A DNA stretch of 64,000 nt from Podarcis cretensis (GCA_951804945.1 OX638152.1:96534001-96598000); one strand, 5' to 3'. Positions 1 to 12,297 are shown, numbered from the stretch's first letter. A program made the numbers and translations. Notes: a model not told the origin generated them from the sequence alone.

Positions 1-242
1 GCCATTTCATTAAAAGGAAGCTCTGTTGCCTGCAAATATCAGTGTTTAGCATCCTATTCACAGCACTTTCAGCCACTAAACGTAATTTCCATTTCAGTTT
101 TCTGCAACTTGTAGACTGCGACCTATTCAGCATTTAATATATGAACTCTGAAAAGGCATCTTCATAGTCTCTTAAGAAAAAAGTAATTTAAAAAAAACCA
201 AAACCCAAAACTCAAGAGAGACTTAATAGATCACAATTATAT

Positions 243-305
243 ATAGAATTGTAGAGTTGGAAGGGACCCTGAGGGTAATCTAGTGCCACCCTCTGCAAAG
301 CAGGA
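243..305 (-). mobile_element. CR1 LINE (or CR1-tailed SINE) 3' terminal fragment
   Basis: ATAGAATTGTAGAGTTGGAAGGGACC...CTAGT is the reverse complement of the CR1 3' end (GGTCCCTTCCAACTCTACAATTCTAT) also seen at ~21700-21730. Confidence 0.7.
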
Positions 306-712
306 TGCGTGCATCTAAACATCACTGAGTATGTAGAGCAGCCCATGGTATCTTTCAATCTGTATCAACACTGCCACACATCAGCAGCCAATGTGGCAGG
401 ATGTGTGGCAATATTGTTGTCTGTATAGGCTCACAGTGTATGTCACTCTGGGCAAGTATGTGAATTGCTGTACATTAAAACTAGAGACTAAAAATCCTCC
501 TTAAAACACATTGTTACCCAAAGACTGTCCTCTTAACAGTCCATAACAGTAAAACACACACATACACACACATACTCTATTATGATAAATGTCTAGAAAA
601 TTAGTAAAAAGTGAGTTGTAAATCTCAGGACTAATCAAAAACCTTTCACAAGTGGCCAAAATTCCTTCTTATTTCTGTCATTTATCGATGGAAGATCATG
701 CAACAATTGGTA

Positions 713-1075
713 GGTAAAGGTAAAGGTACCCCTGCCCGTACGGGCCAGTCTTGACAGACTCTGGGGTTGTGCGCCCATCTCACTTAAGAGGCCAGGGGCC
801 AGCGCTGTCCAGAGACACTTCCGGGTCACGTGGCCAGCGTGACATCGCTGCTCTGGCCAGAGCCAGAGCCGCACACGGAAACGCCGTTTACCTTCCCGCT
901 GGTAAGCGGTCCCTATTTATCTACTTGCACCCGGAGGTGCTTTCGAACTGCTAGGTTGGCAGGCGCTGGGACCGAGCAGCGGGAGCGCACCCCGCCGCAG
1001 GGATTCGAACCGCCGACCTTTCGATCGGCAAGTCCTAGGCGCTGAGGCTTTAACCCACAGCGCCACCTGCGTCCC
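713..1075 (-). mobile_element. Sauria SINE (Squam1/lacertid type), full length, young
   Basis: Minus strand starts GGGACGCAGGTGGCGCTGTGGGTTAAA (A box), has GGTTCGAATCC (B box) and ends in an (ACCTTT)n tail; 15-bp TSD ATGCAACAATTGGTA (698-712) / ACGCAACAATTGGTA (1076-1090). Confidence 0.95.
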
Positions 1076-1256
1076 ACGCAACAATTGGTACCTCTCAATA
1101 AATACCATGCACTTTCATCAGGACCATCAATCCCCTATCAGCATTTTGGGGGATAATACTGCTGACCTGCCTTACAGGGTTGTGATAAGGATTATAGTGT
1201 GGTAATGCAGGTGAAGACTCTGAATTCTTTGGTTGCTATGCCAAATGTTAAATATT

Positions 1257-1430
1257 AGGGAAACAGCAATAACTCCACGATGTAGCACATGTTTAGCAGA
1301 AGGTCCCAAGTTCAGTCCCTGGCATCTCCAGCTTCTGCTGGAAGACTCCTGCCCAAAACCCTCAAGTGGAGAGCTGCCGCCTATCACCCTACTGACCCGA
1401 TGGACCAATAGACTTGATGCAATGTAAGGC
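1257..1430 (+). mobile_element. Degenerate tRNA-derived SINE
   Basis: GCAGAAGGTCCCAAGTTCAGTCCCTGGCATCTCCAG B-box-like head, then AAACCCT..GGAGAGCTG and GATGGACCAAT; related copies at ~2090-2225 (-) and ~21880-22020 (+). Confidence 0.6.
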
Positions 1431-2249
1431 TGGTAGTCAGTGCCATGAATTATCTGAAGTGGAAGGTAGAAGAGCTAACCACACACACAGCTGTGCTATT
1501 CGTATCCTATGCTGTCTTCAAGCCAGTGTCCTGAAATCTGAGCATGTCAGCTGTTCAGTCCCACTTGGCAATTCCACCTGTAGCAACAATGATCTGAGCA
1601 GTTTCTTGCCAACCGCTGTACCTTGTCCTACTTTGTTCCTTCCATTCACACCACTTCTGCGCAGGTGATATTTGCTCATTTATTGCACTATGCCAGAAGG
1701 AAGCCAAATGTCGATGGCTCCAAAATGTAGGGTGGGAAGGAATTACTCTGGTTGGACGTGGGGACGGATGGGTGTATCAGGAAGTCAAAATTATTCTTTC
1801 CTCAAACCATTAACTTTTTGGAATGCAGTATCCTCTCAATTCAACAGACCAAGCTGTTTTAGTACCTTCAATAAAAATCATATTTTACATTCAAGAAAAT
1901 GTTTGAGGAGCAATTTGTTGCTTTAAAAATCTGGACGTTTTCTCCTGGTTAATGTTGAAAATGAAACTGATGGTGGAAATGAAACTAATTTATAGAGGGA
2001 TTTCTGAGCTGGACCAGGACTGTCATCACAAGACTTCTTAAAAACGCTTACATTGGTGGAGGGAGAAATAGCAGCAGATGAACCTGCCTTATTCAGGCCA
2101 TTGGCTCATTTAGCTCAGGTCTGTCCGTTGTGACCACCAGCAGCTCTCCTTTGCCAGCACAGCATCCTCCATGGGCAAAGACTCTGCTAAGGATGGAACC
2201 TGGGACCTTCGGCATGTAAAACTGCCAATACAGATATATTTTGTACTTG

Positions 2250-2645
2250 GAAGACTCTGTTCAGCTGGGGAAAGTTCAGAAAGGGGCAAGCAATGGGGTC
2301 AATGGGCTGGAGCAGCTCCCCTATAAGGAAAGCTTATAGCATTTGGGGCTTTTCGGTTTAGGGGAAAGGCATGTGAGTGGAAACGTCATAGAGGCATATG
2401 AAATTATTCATGGGGTGGAGAAAGTGGATGGACTTTCTCTTTCATAGGACTTGAACTGGGGTCAGTCGCTGAAGCTGAATGTCGGAGGATTCGGGACAGA
2501 CAAAAGGCAGTACTTCTTCATACAGCGCATAGCTGGAACTATGGGATTTGTTCTAACAAGAGGAAGTGAGGGACACCAACTTTGTCCACCTTAAAAGGGA
2601 ATTGGACAGATTCATAGAAGATAAGGCTATCAATGGTTTCTAGTC
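2250..2645 (+). mobile_element. CR1 LINE, old 3' fragment
   Basis: Degenerate ORF2 C-terminal sequence (GAAAGTTCAGAAAGGGGCAA...GGGCTGGAGCA...TTGGGGCTTTT...TTGGACAGATTCAT..GATAAGGCTATCAATGG). Confidence 0.75.
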
Positions 2646-2874
2646 ATTATGACTACGCCCTACCTTCAGTATTGGCTCTGAACATCAGTTGCTTGGGATA
2701 AGGAATGAGAGTACTGTTATGAGTTATGGCTCCTCCCGAAAATGTTCTCTATTCCCACTCTTTTTGTGCTAATTATGAAAGTGAGAAGGAAATTGGGTTG
2801 CCGGGCTTGAGAACTCCAGTAAATACATAAATACATATTTATTACTTTTTAATGCAATGTATTTTGCCCTTCTA

Positions 2875-3229
2875 GGGATGGCAGGTGGCGCTGTGGGTTA
2901 AAGCACAGAGCCTAGGACTTGCCGATCAGAAGGTCGGCAGTTTGAATCCCCGCGATGGGGTGAGCTCCCGTTGCTCGGTCCCTGCTCCTGCCAACCTAGC
3001 AGTTCAAAAGCACATCATAATGCAAGTAGATAAATAGGTACTGCTCTGGCGGGAAGGTAAACAGCGTTTCCGTGTGCTGCTCTGGTTCGCCAGAAGCGGC
3101 TTAGTCATGCTGGCCACATGACCCGGAAGCTGTATGCCGGCTCCCTCAGCCAATAAAGCAAGATGAGCGCCGCAACCCCAGAGTCGGTCACGACTGGACC
3201 TAATGGTCAGGGGTCCCTTTACCTTTACC
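2875..3229 (+). mobile_element. Sauria SINE, full length, second subfamily
   Basis: GGGATGGCAGGTGGCGCTGTGGGTTAAA head, BovB-like GAGTCGGTCACGACT stem-loop, CCTTTACCTTTACC tail; TSD TATTTTGCCCTTCTA / TATTTTGCCCTGCTA. Confidence 0.95.
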
Positions 3230-6200
3230 TATTTTGCCCTGCTATTCTGCCAAAAATGTTCCCAGAGCAGCTTACAGATTAATAATAAAAGGAGGACAGT
3301 CTGTGCCTTAATCTAAGAGGCATGGCACCAATGGAAGAAGAAACTGAGGGGGAAAGGGGACCCAAGCATACACAGGAACCTACTCTTAAAGTCTCAGAGT
3401 TCTTATAAGAACTTTTTGGGATGGAAACAGTTGGACGAGAGGTGGAATCTAAAGTGCATTGGGAGAGCCAGAGCAATGGACCTGCCAGCTTCCTTATCGT
3501 GAGATCGACATTTGCAAACAGAAATTGAAGTTGGCTATGCGGTATGATAATGGGGAGATGTCATTTCTATTTTCTATTTATTCAATCAAAAATAATAGCC
3601 AGATGAATAAGTCAGCATATGCTTCCAAACCAGAATTTGCTACCATTTCAAACTATACCTTTTCTTAAGTTGATTTAAGTTATACCATCTTGTTCCTCCG
3701 GTCGATTTAAATTAGTAGAGCCGCTGCCTTGTTCATTGTATTCAACTGATTGAGGCGGCCACTGCGCCAGTCGCGGCCAGCCACCATATTTCAGTTGTGT
3801 GTTTTTTTAATCATGGAAACCCACACACTGTAGCAGCAGGAGGAACAGACACATTCTTTATAGATCAGGATCTCTAGTGGTAGATCTTTGCAAGATTTGC
3901 AGTAGATCAAGATTGTTTAACTATAGCAACAGAAGTGCACTTTATTTCTTTCCTTAAGTATGCTGCTGAAATGAATAAAATGTAGGGGAAACCACGAGAA
4001 CTATGACTATGAGCCCAGTTCCAGTCCTGAAAACAAATTTCTTGGCTAAACACATGTTCAGGGGCACCCTTTGCCTCAAGGGAACATGTATGGGTTGTAT
4101 TCAATGAAGTCCAACTGAGAGTAAACCCACTGCAATTAATAAAGCTATGCTAGCCATGCCCATTAAATTCAGTGAGTCAGCTGTGAGTGGGACTAGCATT
4201 GACTGCCACCCTGTGTATTTCACGTGCACAGGGACAAGTCGCTGTGTTGCACCTAATTCTGACTGGTGGGACTTGAGGTTCTAGTAAAATAGAAGCACAG
4301 CCTGAGTGATCTGACCGACTTGTTTTGATGCCTGCCTGTGCTTGCAGGCTGTGAGGCCAAACCCAGTGCTAAGCTGGACGAAACCCCTTGCTATAACTTT
4401 GGGTTTTCCCCTTCCTTTTAGCTGCGGTTCCAATGCAAACCCCTTCCCGAGCAGGATTTAAACCCTTTCAAATTTGGCCTGTTAAGGATCTGGCCTGTGC
4501 AGCCAAAAGGGTTTTGCATGCCTGTACTGTGCTATAGCATTCAAGTACTTCTCCCAGAGGCAAAAATTCTCTGGCACTGAAAAGTAGGTTGTGACACTGT
4601 TTGAAATTTCAAAATCTCTTGCAAATGAACCCTTAAGGTAATGCACTTTGATCCTTGGGCAGGTAACCTCAGGTAGAGGTGAACTGTTGATGTGAAAGAG
4701 GTGCCTAGATTGTCATTCCCAAAGGACATGCCAGTTTTTCATTTATAAAATTTAAAAAATACGCAAATATATGTATTTGGAGAGTCCCGTTCATTCAAGT
4801 AGACCAAGAATTAGAGAATATGGTGTGCAGTCCCAAAATAGATCTCACTGGGGCAGATACAGCTTTGGAAAGAGCATCTCTGTCCTGGAATGACCCCGAA
4901 TGCACCAATTTTTTTTATTTTGGCCCTTTGATTTAAATGAGATTAGCAGGTCGTCATTTTTCTTGCATTCAGTTGTGAGCATTAGCTTGTGCTGCAGTAT
5001 ACAGAAGAGTACAGCGGCACCTCACCCTTGTTGTACCACGGCCAAACCCCAAAGGTATTTGTTATAAATAAAGGTATGGGGCATAAATAACATAACAGCA
5101 GTGGAAGGATGCAATCCCATGGCAAGATCTGCTGGGGTGAGCAGCTTAGGATGCAGTGGATCTCTGGCTTGGCTGGTTGACGCCCCACGCAGTCAGAGCT
5201 AAGTTCCCAACCCCAGCTCAACCAGTGTAATGTGGTCATCCTGGCTCTTTCAGGGCTGAGCCAAGGCTGCTACGAATTCCCCAAAATGGGTGTTCCAGAG
5301 GCATGGCACTTGGCCTGTTCCTCTTGGCCACAGGACTGGGCAACTCAGCAGAGAACATTATTTTTAAGGCCTGTTTTCCCTCTTCCAGCAGCAGCCCCAC
5401 TGCTGAATGGGGTTTGGATCTGGCTTCATAGCAGCTTCCTGTGATTAAATTGCCCCCCTAGTTGCAGCAGAGGAAAGGAAGAGTTGTGGGGGGGGGTGTT
5501 GCCCCATTTCCTGCCCTGCTCCATTCCCAGCTAGTCATTAGAGCAACTTTTAACCATGAACTTGAACCCAAGTTCATTTTTTCCTCCCCCCAATCCATTT
5601 CCCTTTTGCGTCATGTCTGTTTAGATTGTAAGGCTGCTGACAGCGACTGTCAATTTTTAGTGATTTGTGAGCTGCTCTGGGAGCCGTTTTCTTGATCTTA
5701 AAAACAGAATTAAAAGTAAATAATATTTGAATAAATAAATGATAGAAGCAGCTACAGCGAGGAGGAAACTATGGCAGGGGACATCTGTGGATTAGTGTAA
5801 GGCCTCAGATTCTTGTACTCTCACTCTAATATTATTAGAATAGTGTTGTGATTGAAAAATATGTTTCCCATAAATAAATGAAACTCTGTAGAGCTATCTG
5901 CAGGAAGCTGGATAAAATTACTTGAAATTATTATTAGCTTATTTGATGAATCGTCCACCCTGTGGTTTAAGCTTGGTCTCTCACTAGTCTTTTATAGTCT
6001 CATATCTGGCTCCAGCAACTATTTATTGATAAAGGAGTTGATTCTTTATGTGGCTGAAATAAGCCTCCTAATGGCTAAAGTATTTTAGCTTTTTGTACTA
6101 GTTTTGAGTAATGTATTTTAGCATTTTAGTTTTCGACTGTATGGCAGAGGTAATATTTTACTGTAGTTAATAGTTCATGTATATCATACAGAATATATCC

Positions 6201-6379
6201 ATTTGCCCTGAGAACATGAAGTACACCCACCATTCTGATAAATATGCCACCTTTTATCAGAAATATGTTCTGAAAGTTATGTAGGAAAATGTAGCAGCTG
6301 CATATTTTGGAACTGTAGGCTCCATGCTGGTGTAGTGTCTCATGGTCCTCAGGTGATGATATAGGATTCAAACCTTATA

Positions 6380-6622
6380 CAGTCGTACCTTGGTTTTTGA
6401 ACAGCCTAGTTCTCTAAACGTTTTGGCTCCTGAACGATCAAACCCTGGAAGCGAGTGTTCCGGTTTTCGAACGTTCTTTTGGAAGCCGAACGTCCGATGG
6501 GGCTTCCAATTGGCTGCAGAAGCTTCCTGCAGCCAATCAGAAGCCACACTTTGGTTTTCGGACGTTTTGGCAGTCAAATGGACATCCGGAACGGATTCCG
6601 TTCGACTTCCAAGGTACAACTG
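6380..6622 (+). mobile_element. Tc1/mariner (Tigger-like) MITE, family A
   Basis: TA target duplication; TIRs CAGTCGTACCTTGG / CCAAGGTACAACTG. Confidence 0.9.
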
Positions 6623-6804
6623 TACATTGAACTTTAAAAATCAACCAGGAACATCCGAAAGTGTCCCCAATTAGATCTTCATAGTGGTTGCATTTCCCAT
6701 AGCAGTTTTCTTCAACATTGGGTCCCCAGATGCTGTTGAATCAGGGAGAAGTAATTTGGCAGTTGTCACTTTTTCTTAATCCTAATTGTGTCATTCTGAC
6801 TGAC

Positions 6805-7010
6805 AAACTGGTTTAATATTAACTATGATAATATTTACCTTCAAACCATAGTTAACCGATGCTGGCTTGTTCACACAAACCATAGTTAATGCTTACTATA
6901 ATTGTAGGTCCAAACTACATGGCAAGCTGTGGTTAATCAAAAGCGGAAGCAGAAGCGAAGCTCACTGCAACTTGTTCATCTCATGCTAAATTATGGTGTG
7001 CACATGCATA
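6805..7010. repeat. Degenerate AACCATRGTT-motif repeat element
   Basis: Repeated AAACCATAGTT and related motifs; similar tracts at ~13220-13570 and ~46150-46740. Confidence 0.45.
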
Positions 7011-8120
7011 TAAATTTTACATCTTCTACTTTAACTAGAAAACTCTGTACAGGCAACTCCCCACTTGCACGTGACCATGCACACATCTGGTGCCGGGACG
7101 TGGGGAGCACCCTGGAGAATCCTCTTGGTTCACATGAAAACCCTCCCCAGAGAGAAGACGTCCTCTTTGTTCCCCTGGGAGGGTCTGCTCGTGAGCTGGA
7201 GGGTCAGTGGGACTTTGCTGAGATGCTCATCTGATGTGCGGGGAAGCGGCTGCTGCGCTACCCCACATGTCAGCTGCTAGGCGGGGAGGCTGAGCAGCCT
7301 CAACAAAGCCCCGCTCCCCCTCCGGCCTGCAAGGAGGCCCTCCCCGGAGCTCAAAGAGGATATCCTCTTCAGGTTCCAGGTAGTGTCTCCTTGCAAGCCG
7401 CTAAGACTCTTCAGGGTGTTCCCCACTTAACGTGCATTTCACTGACACATGCGGAGGCCCAGAATGTAACTTCTGCACCAGTGGGAGGCTGTGCTAGAAT
7501 TTGGGAGTTGAGGCCTCAAGGATCTACCAAGAGAAATTTATTTTCAAGTAGCTCACTTGGTAGGTCAGAGCTGCGGCAAGAGTCTCCTGGCAGCAGCATC
7601 TTTTTCTACTTTCCAAGAAGGGCAGCTGCATGGTTGCGGCTGCGTGGGGGCACTGGCAGAGCCAATGCAGCGTTCCTGCTGAGATGCCCATTAGGGATTG
7701 CTGAATGGCAGCAACACTGTTGCCTGAAGGCTATTGCTGCAGCTCTGCCCCACCAGGCAAGCAGCTCCGGCTTCAAGCAGTTGAGTTTTAATAATAAATC
7801 AGCCTTGTAAATAAGTCCACAAAAATTACTAGCCCATTTCATTAGCCTTATGGTGCTTAAATTAATAATTTGTGACCCTGAAAGAAAAAAGTCACCAATT
7901 CTTGGTTGCCCAATTACCTGAAGGCGTTTTCCCTTTTATTCAGCCTGAAAGCGTCTGTTCACAAGCTTGAAGTACATTCCCTAATTAAAGACTACTTTTC
8001 AGTATTTGTGGTTTTCTGGTTTCTTACTACTACTAAGCAGGTTAGGGTAGAATCCACACACACATTTAAAAAAAGTTCTGAAAATGGTTTGGGGGTTTTT
8101 TTAGCTTTTAAAAAAAAATA

Positions 8121-8360
8121 CAGTGGAACCCTGTTTTTTGAGCGTCTCGGAAGCTGAATGTTTCAGAACCTGAACGCCGTCAACCCAGAAAAAAATGCTT
8201 CCGTTTTCGAACGCGCCTTGGAAGTCGAACGGCTTCCGAGGTGCATTTCTGAACTTTCTCCATTCACTTCGATAATCACCCATTGCGCCTCAGTTGTCAA
8301 ACATTTCGGAAGCTGAACGGTCTTCCGGAACAGATTGCGTTCGACAACCGAGGTTCCACT
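8121..8360 (+). mobile_element. Tc1/mariner (Tigger-like) MITE related to family A
   Basis: TA flanks; TIRs CAGTGGAACC / GGTTCCACT; shares TTCCGGAAC..GATT..CGTTCGAC with 6380-6622. Confidence 0.85.
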
Positions 8361-8722
8361 TACATTGAATTTTCCATAAGGCTCACCATCACCATCTAGT
8401 GTCACATTGTATATTGCACTTAAAACACTCTTACAATGTTTTATTTGCAGCTGTATAGCTGCGTCCTAGGTGACATATTGGGCAAATATTCCTGGATACA
8501 TCTCCCTTTCCTGGTTAGTCTCTGGTTCTAAAGGCAACAGCATAGGGGAAGGTGCCTGTGGAAGAAATAATGATGTGGCACAGAACCCCAACTGAGCGTG
8601 GTGCTGGGGTGGCGCCATTCAGAGATGGCAGCCGGAGTGTTCCCAGCTCTCAGCAACATCTGTCAAGACAGAGGGCAAAGGCACAGGGCACAGCTGGGGG
8701 CACAGTGGTGAGATTCCTTATA

Positions 8723-8963
8723 CAGTGGTACCTCGGAAGTCGAACGGAATCCGTTCTGGAAGTCCGTTCGACTTCCAAAACGTTCGGAAACCAAAGCACG
8801 GCTTCCGATTCGCTTCAGGAAGCTCCTGCAGCCAACCGGGAGTTGCGTCAGATGTTCAGGTTCCAAAGAACGTTCACAAACCGGAACACTCATTTCCGGA
8901 TTAGCAGTGTTCGGGAGCCAAAACATTCGACTCGCAAGGCATTCGGGATCCAAGGTACAACTG
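8723..8963 (-). mobile_element. Tc1/mariner (Tigger-like) MITE, family A, inverted relative to 6380-6622
   Basis: TA flanks; TIRs CAGTGGTACCTCGG / CCAAGGTACAACTG; aligns to the reverse complement of 6380-6622. Confidence 0.9.
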
Positions 8964-9198
8964 TATTTCATGTCCAGGAAATAATTGGGAGCACACACCA
9001 TTGTAACAAATGAGCACCGTTATTCTTAAAAGGCTCGCATACTATGCAAGTTTAGTCCATAAGAACATTAGGCGCATCGTCTGTGTGCTTTCATTCTGAG
9101 GCAACATAAAAGCAAAAGTGGGGGGAGAATAGTCGCTTCATCAGAATTGAATAGCGCACCCAGCAATGTTGTTGCTGTTTTTTCTTTTCTTCTAACAG

Positions 9199-9323
9199 AT
9201 AATCCTGAAATAGCCAACAGGAATGGGATGGAATGCCAAGAGGCCTCGATGAGGACAGCAAAGCATTGTTACTGTACATACTACCCTGTCTCTTCAATAG
9301 AATTGCCACAAACTGCATGCTGA
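9199..9323 (+). CDS. MBNL2: Muscleblind-like 2, terminal coding exon (upstream exons outside window)
   Basis: Acceptor TTTTTTCTTTTCTTCTAACAG at 9198. Phase-1 frame reads (D)NPEIANRNGMECQEASMRTAKHCYCTYYPVSSIELPQTAC*, matching the human MBNL2 C-terminus as I recall it (DNSEIISRNGMECQESALRITKHCYCTYYPVSSSIELPQTAC). Phase-0 frame reads IILK* (9199-9213), the other known C-terminus. MBNL2-RAP2A is the human gene order. Confidence 0.92.
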
Positions 9324-12297
9324 GTAAAGAGTTTGTTCGTCTGGACAAATCACAAAAAACACTAAAGAGCTAGTGCTGCTATATCATAAAATGAATATTA
9401 AATATGGTATGCTTAGTATATTCCAAACTAATCTAGTTAACTATCTGATGCCAGCTGTGATGGTTCAAGACTTAAAAAAAGGGTAACATTTTACTTTTCA
9501 AGGTTTTATACAGCACCGTTTACTTCTTAGAAATATCGTCTTACCGCCATGATTATAGCTAATGTAAGTAGTCCTATTCATATATTATTGTAGGGTTCAC
9601 AACTTTATGAATCTTTCAATGTTAGCAATAAATGATTTACATTGGCCACTAAGCCCAAGGTCCAGAGAACCACCTAACTAGCTCCACGTGGGCCCCGGCC
9701 ACTTCGCAGGGCAAACTGCTTCGGAAATTGTGGAGAGTTCCCAAAGCTGTAGGTGAGACAGCAAAGGGGGTTCTCTTGCTCAAAGGAAGCGGGGGGGATC
9801 AAAGCACGCGCAAGCCCTCGGGTGCCCACCCCAGTCACCCTTTGGATCTTGGCCAATCTTCACCAACTGCAGACTTAACTTTTAACCCTTTGACCACTTT
9901 GTACTCTCTTAAAAAGCTCACTTCTCTACTAGGGCAGTTGATGCCAAGGCAAAGGAGGTGATGTTAAAGCAGAACCCTGTATCCCTGAACATCACCCGTT
10001 AAAAGCTCCAAGGCAAAGCACAAATTGCGGAGATGCACACGAGCTGATTTTGGGCAGGTGCAGAGAAGCTGTACTGGAATCGTGGCATTCTAGAACTAAA
10101 TTAAACCTTTGCACAGTATGGTTTCCATACCCCAAACAAAGTCTTGACTATGTTATTTTACAAAGAGAGAGGATATTTTTTAAAATAAAGCCTTTGCAAA
10201 AGTGCCTAAATTTTGCCACATCAGACTTGAAACTATGTGACACTGATGTCTATAATTGAATTTACACCAAGTGATTAAGCTTTCAGATTTGCAATCAGGT
10301 TACCAAAAATAAGAACTTGTTATGAAATAACTTCTTCCCAATTAAAGAAATGGGTCTATAGGTGAAAAGATAGCAAGATACTCTAATTTAACTCAAAACG
10401 GAATAATTGAAACCGAGTCATTGAAAAAACTAATAAGTGACTTTAATCTAGATGACTAGGAGAATACTGAACAAAATGTAGAGAGAGCTTCAGTTTAATT
10501 CATTGTTACTGTTGCCGTATTTTTAAAATCAGGTTTAAGAAGTTGTAACCGGATTACAGCACAGAGAAAGAAACTAGTTCTTTTAACCTTTTTTTCTTTA
10601 AAAGCTTATTTTATGTCACAGAACTATGAAGATATCTTTAATACAGCTATATACATATTATATATACACATACATATATATGGACAAAACAGATTTTAAT
10701 GTTTACTTTTTTAAAAACTGTGTTGATTTACAAGGTAATTATATACATTTGATTAATGTAGGAGGTTTGTTTTTAAGATTTGTTTCCTACACTGTTGTAC
10801 CAAATATGTCACATTTCACATTTTATATGTTGCACATATATCAGACAAGTACATAGTTTTTAAATTATTGTTTATAAAACAAAAAAGCAGCTGTTCTATG
10901 GAAATATGTATAATTGTTTGAAACATCTGTTTTTTTCCATGTGAACATTATAAATGATTGCAGTATTTTAACTTAGACTTTTCAGATTGATTCTAAGCTA
11001 CTTAGCTCTGGCGGCACTGCCTACTCAGAAAGACCAGAAGCACTAATTGATTTTTTTGTTAATGAAATTATTTTTCAGTGTTAATCTTGCTTTTCAAATG
11101 TCTAATATCTGTTTATATTCAAATGATAGCTTCGATCACCTAAAAGAAGGGGGGACGGACAAAGAACCCAAAATCTGATGGTAAACATAGTGTTTGTAAT
11201 CTTGCATTAGTTTTAATTTGTGAGGAATATGTATTTCTTTTATCTTTACTTGTAAATTTTCTCAGATGTTTAACCTAGGTTGAGAATATGGCCGTTTACC
11301 TACATCTGTAGTTTGGGTTCTTTCTTTTTTTTAAAAAATTGCATTTAAACATTTGATAGTTTATTGGACAATACTAAATGGCAATTTATGTATGTTGTTT
11401 AAATATTTAAACTGTAGAAAGAACGTTTTATCGGACATTATGTTTAAACAATTATTTTCTTAGGATCACTGCAATGTTATGTTCTATTCATTAATGATCA
11501 AACGTCATTATCTTTATTTCCTCCTGAACCAAGAGAAAAAGAGAGATCCTATTTTTTAAAAAAGAGAGTTCCACTGTATTGACATATAAGTTTGTTCTGT
11601 TTCTACATTTCTAAAAATATTTATGTCAAACCACAATCCACTGGCTCCAAAATAGCTGTGTTGTCTCAATGGGGCTAGGCTGGACTAAGTGGTTTGAGAA
11701 TCACAGTTTTAAGAGCATGAGTCACAGAGGTTGCACAGGCAGAGAAACCAGCGGCAGCTAGAAGGAGACCCACACAAACCACTCCCCAAATGCCGTCCAG
11801 GACCCCTGACTAAGCTTTCAACCTGCATTGTTTTCCGAGTCTGTTGCATCACCCCATTTTGCTTTGGTCTACACTGCTTCAACAGCCTCTGGCTCTGAAG
11901 TAATTTATAATTTTATTATTAACAACATATATTAATCCATTCGCCCCTGGCACGTTCTCACTTGCAACTTTTAAAAATCCTGCTCCTTACATACTGTGCC
12001 AGCCAGGGCTGTCCCAGCCCTGAGGCGAGGCAAGATCCAGCCTCCACGGAATTTGTTGCCAGCCTCTGCTGCTACATATGCTTTGGAGGCAGGATCTACC
12101 CCTCCTGAGCAGCTCCCGCCTCCAGTGCCACTGTAGAAGTCATCGAGTAGAAGGCTCTGCTAGTCTCCCATCCCTAGGGATGAAATGGCAGGGAGTGTTT
12201 TGGGCTCTGAACCAACCCCATGTGATTCCCCGCATGCCCCTTCCCCGCCCCCCATTCCCAATATAGATATTCACTCCCTCACCCCTTACTCCCAATG

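Noticed and set aside
635-1108. Cluster of ORFs duplicated at 56915-57330
   Set aside because: Translations of two Sauria SINE copies; different TSDs exclude a gene or segmental duplication
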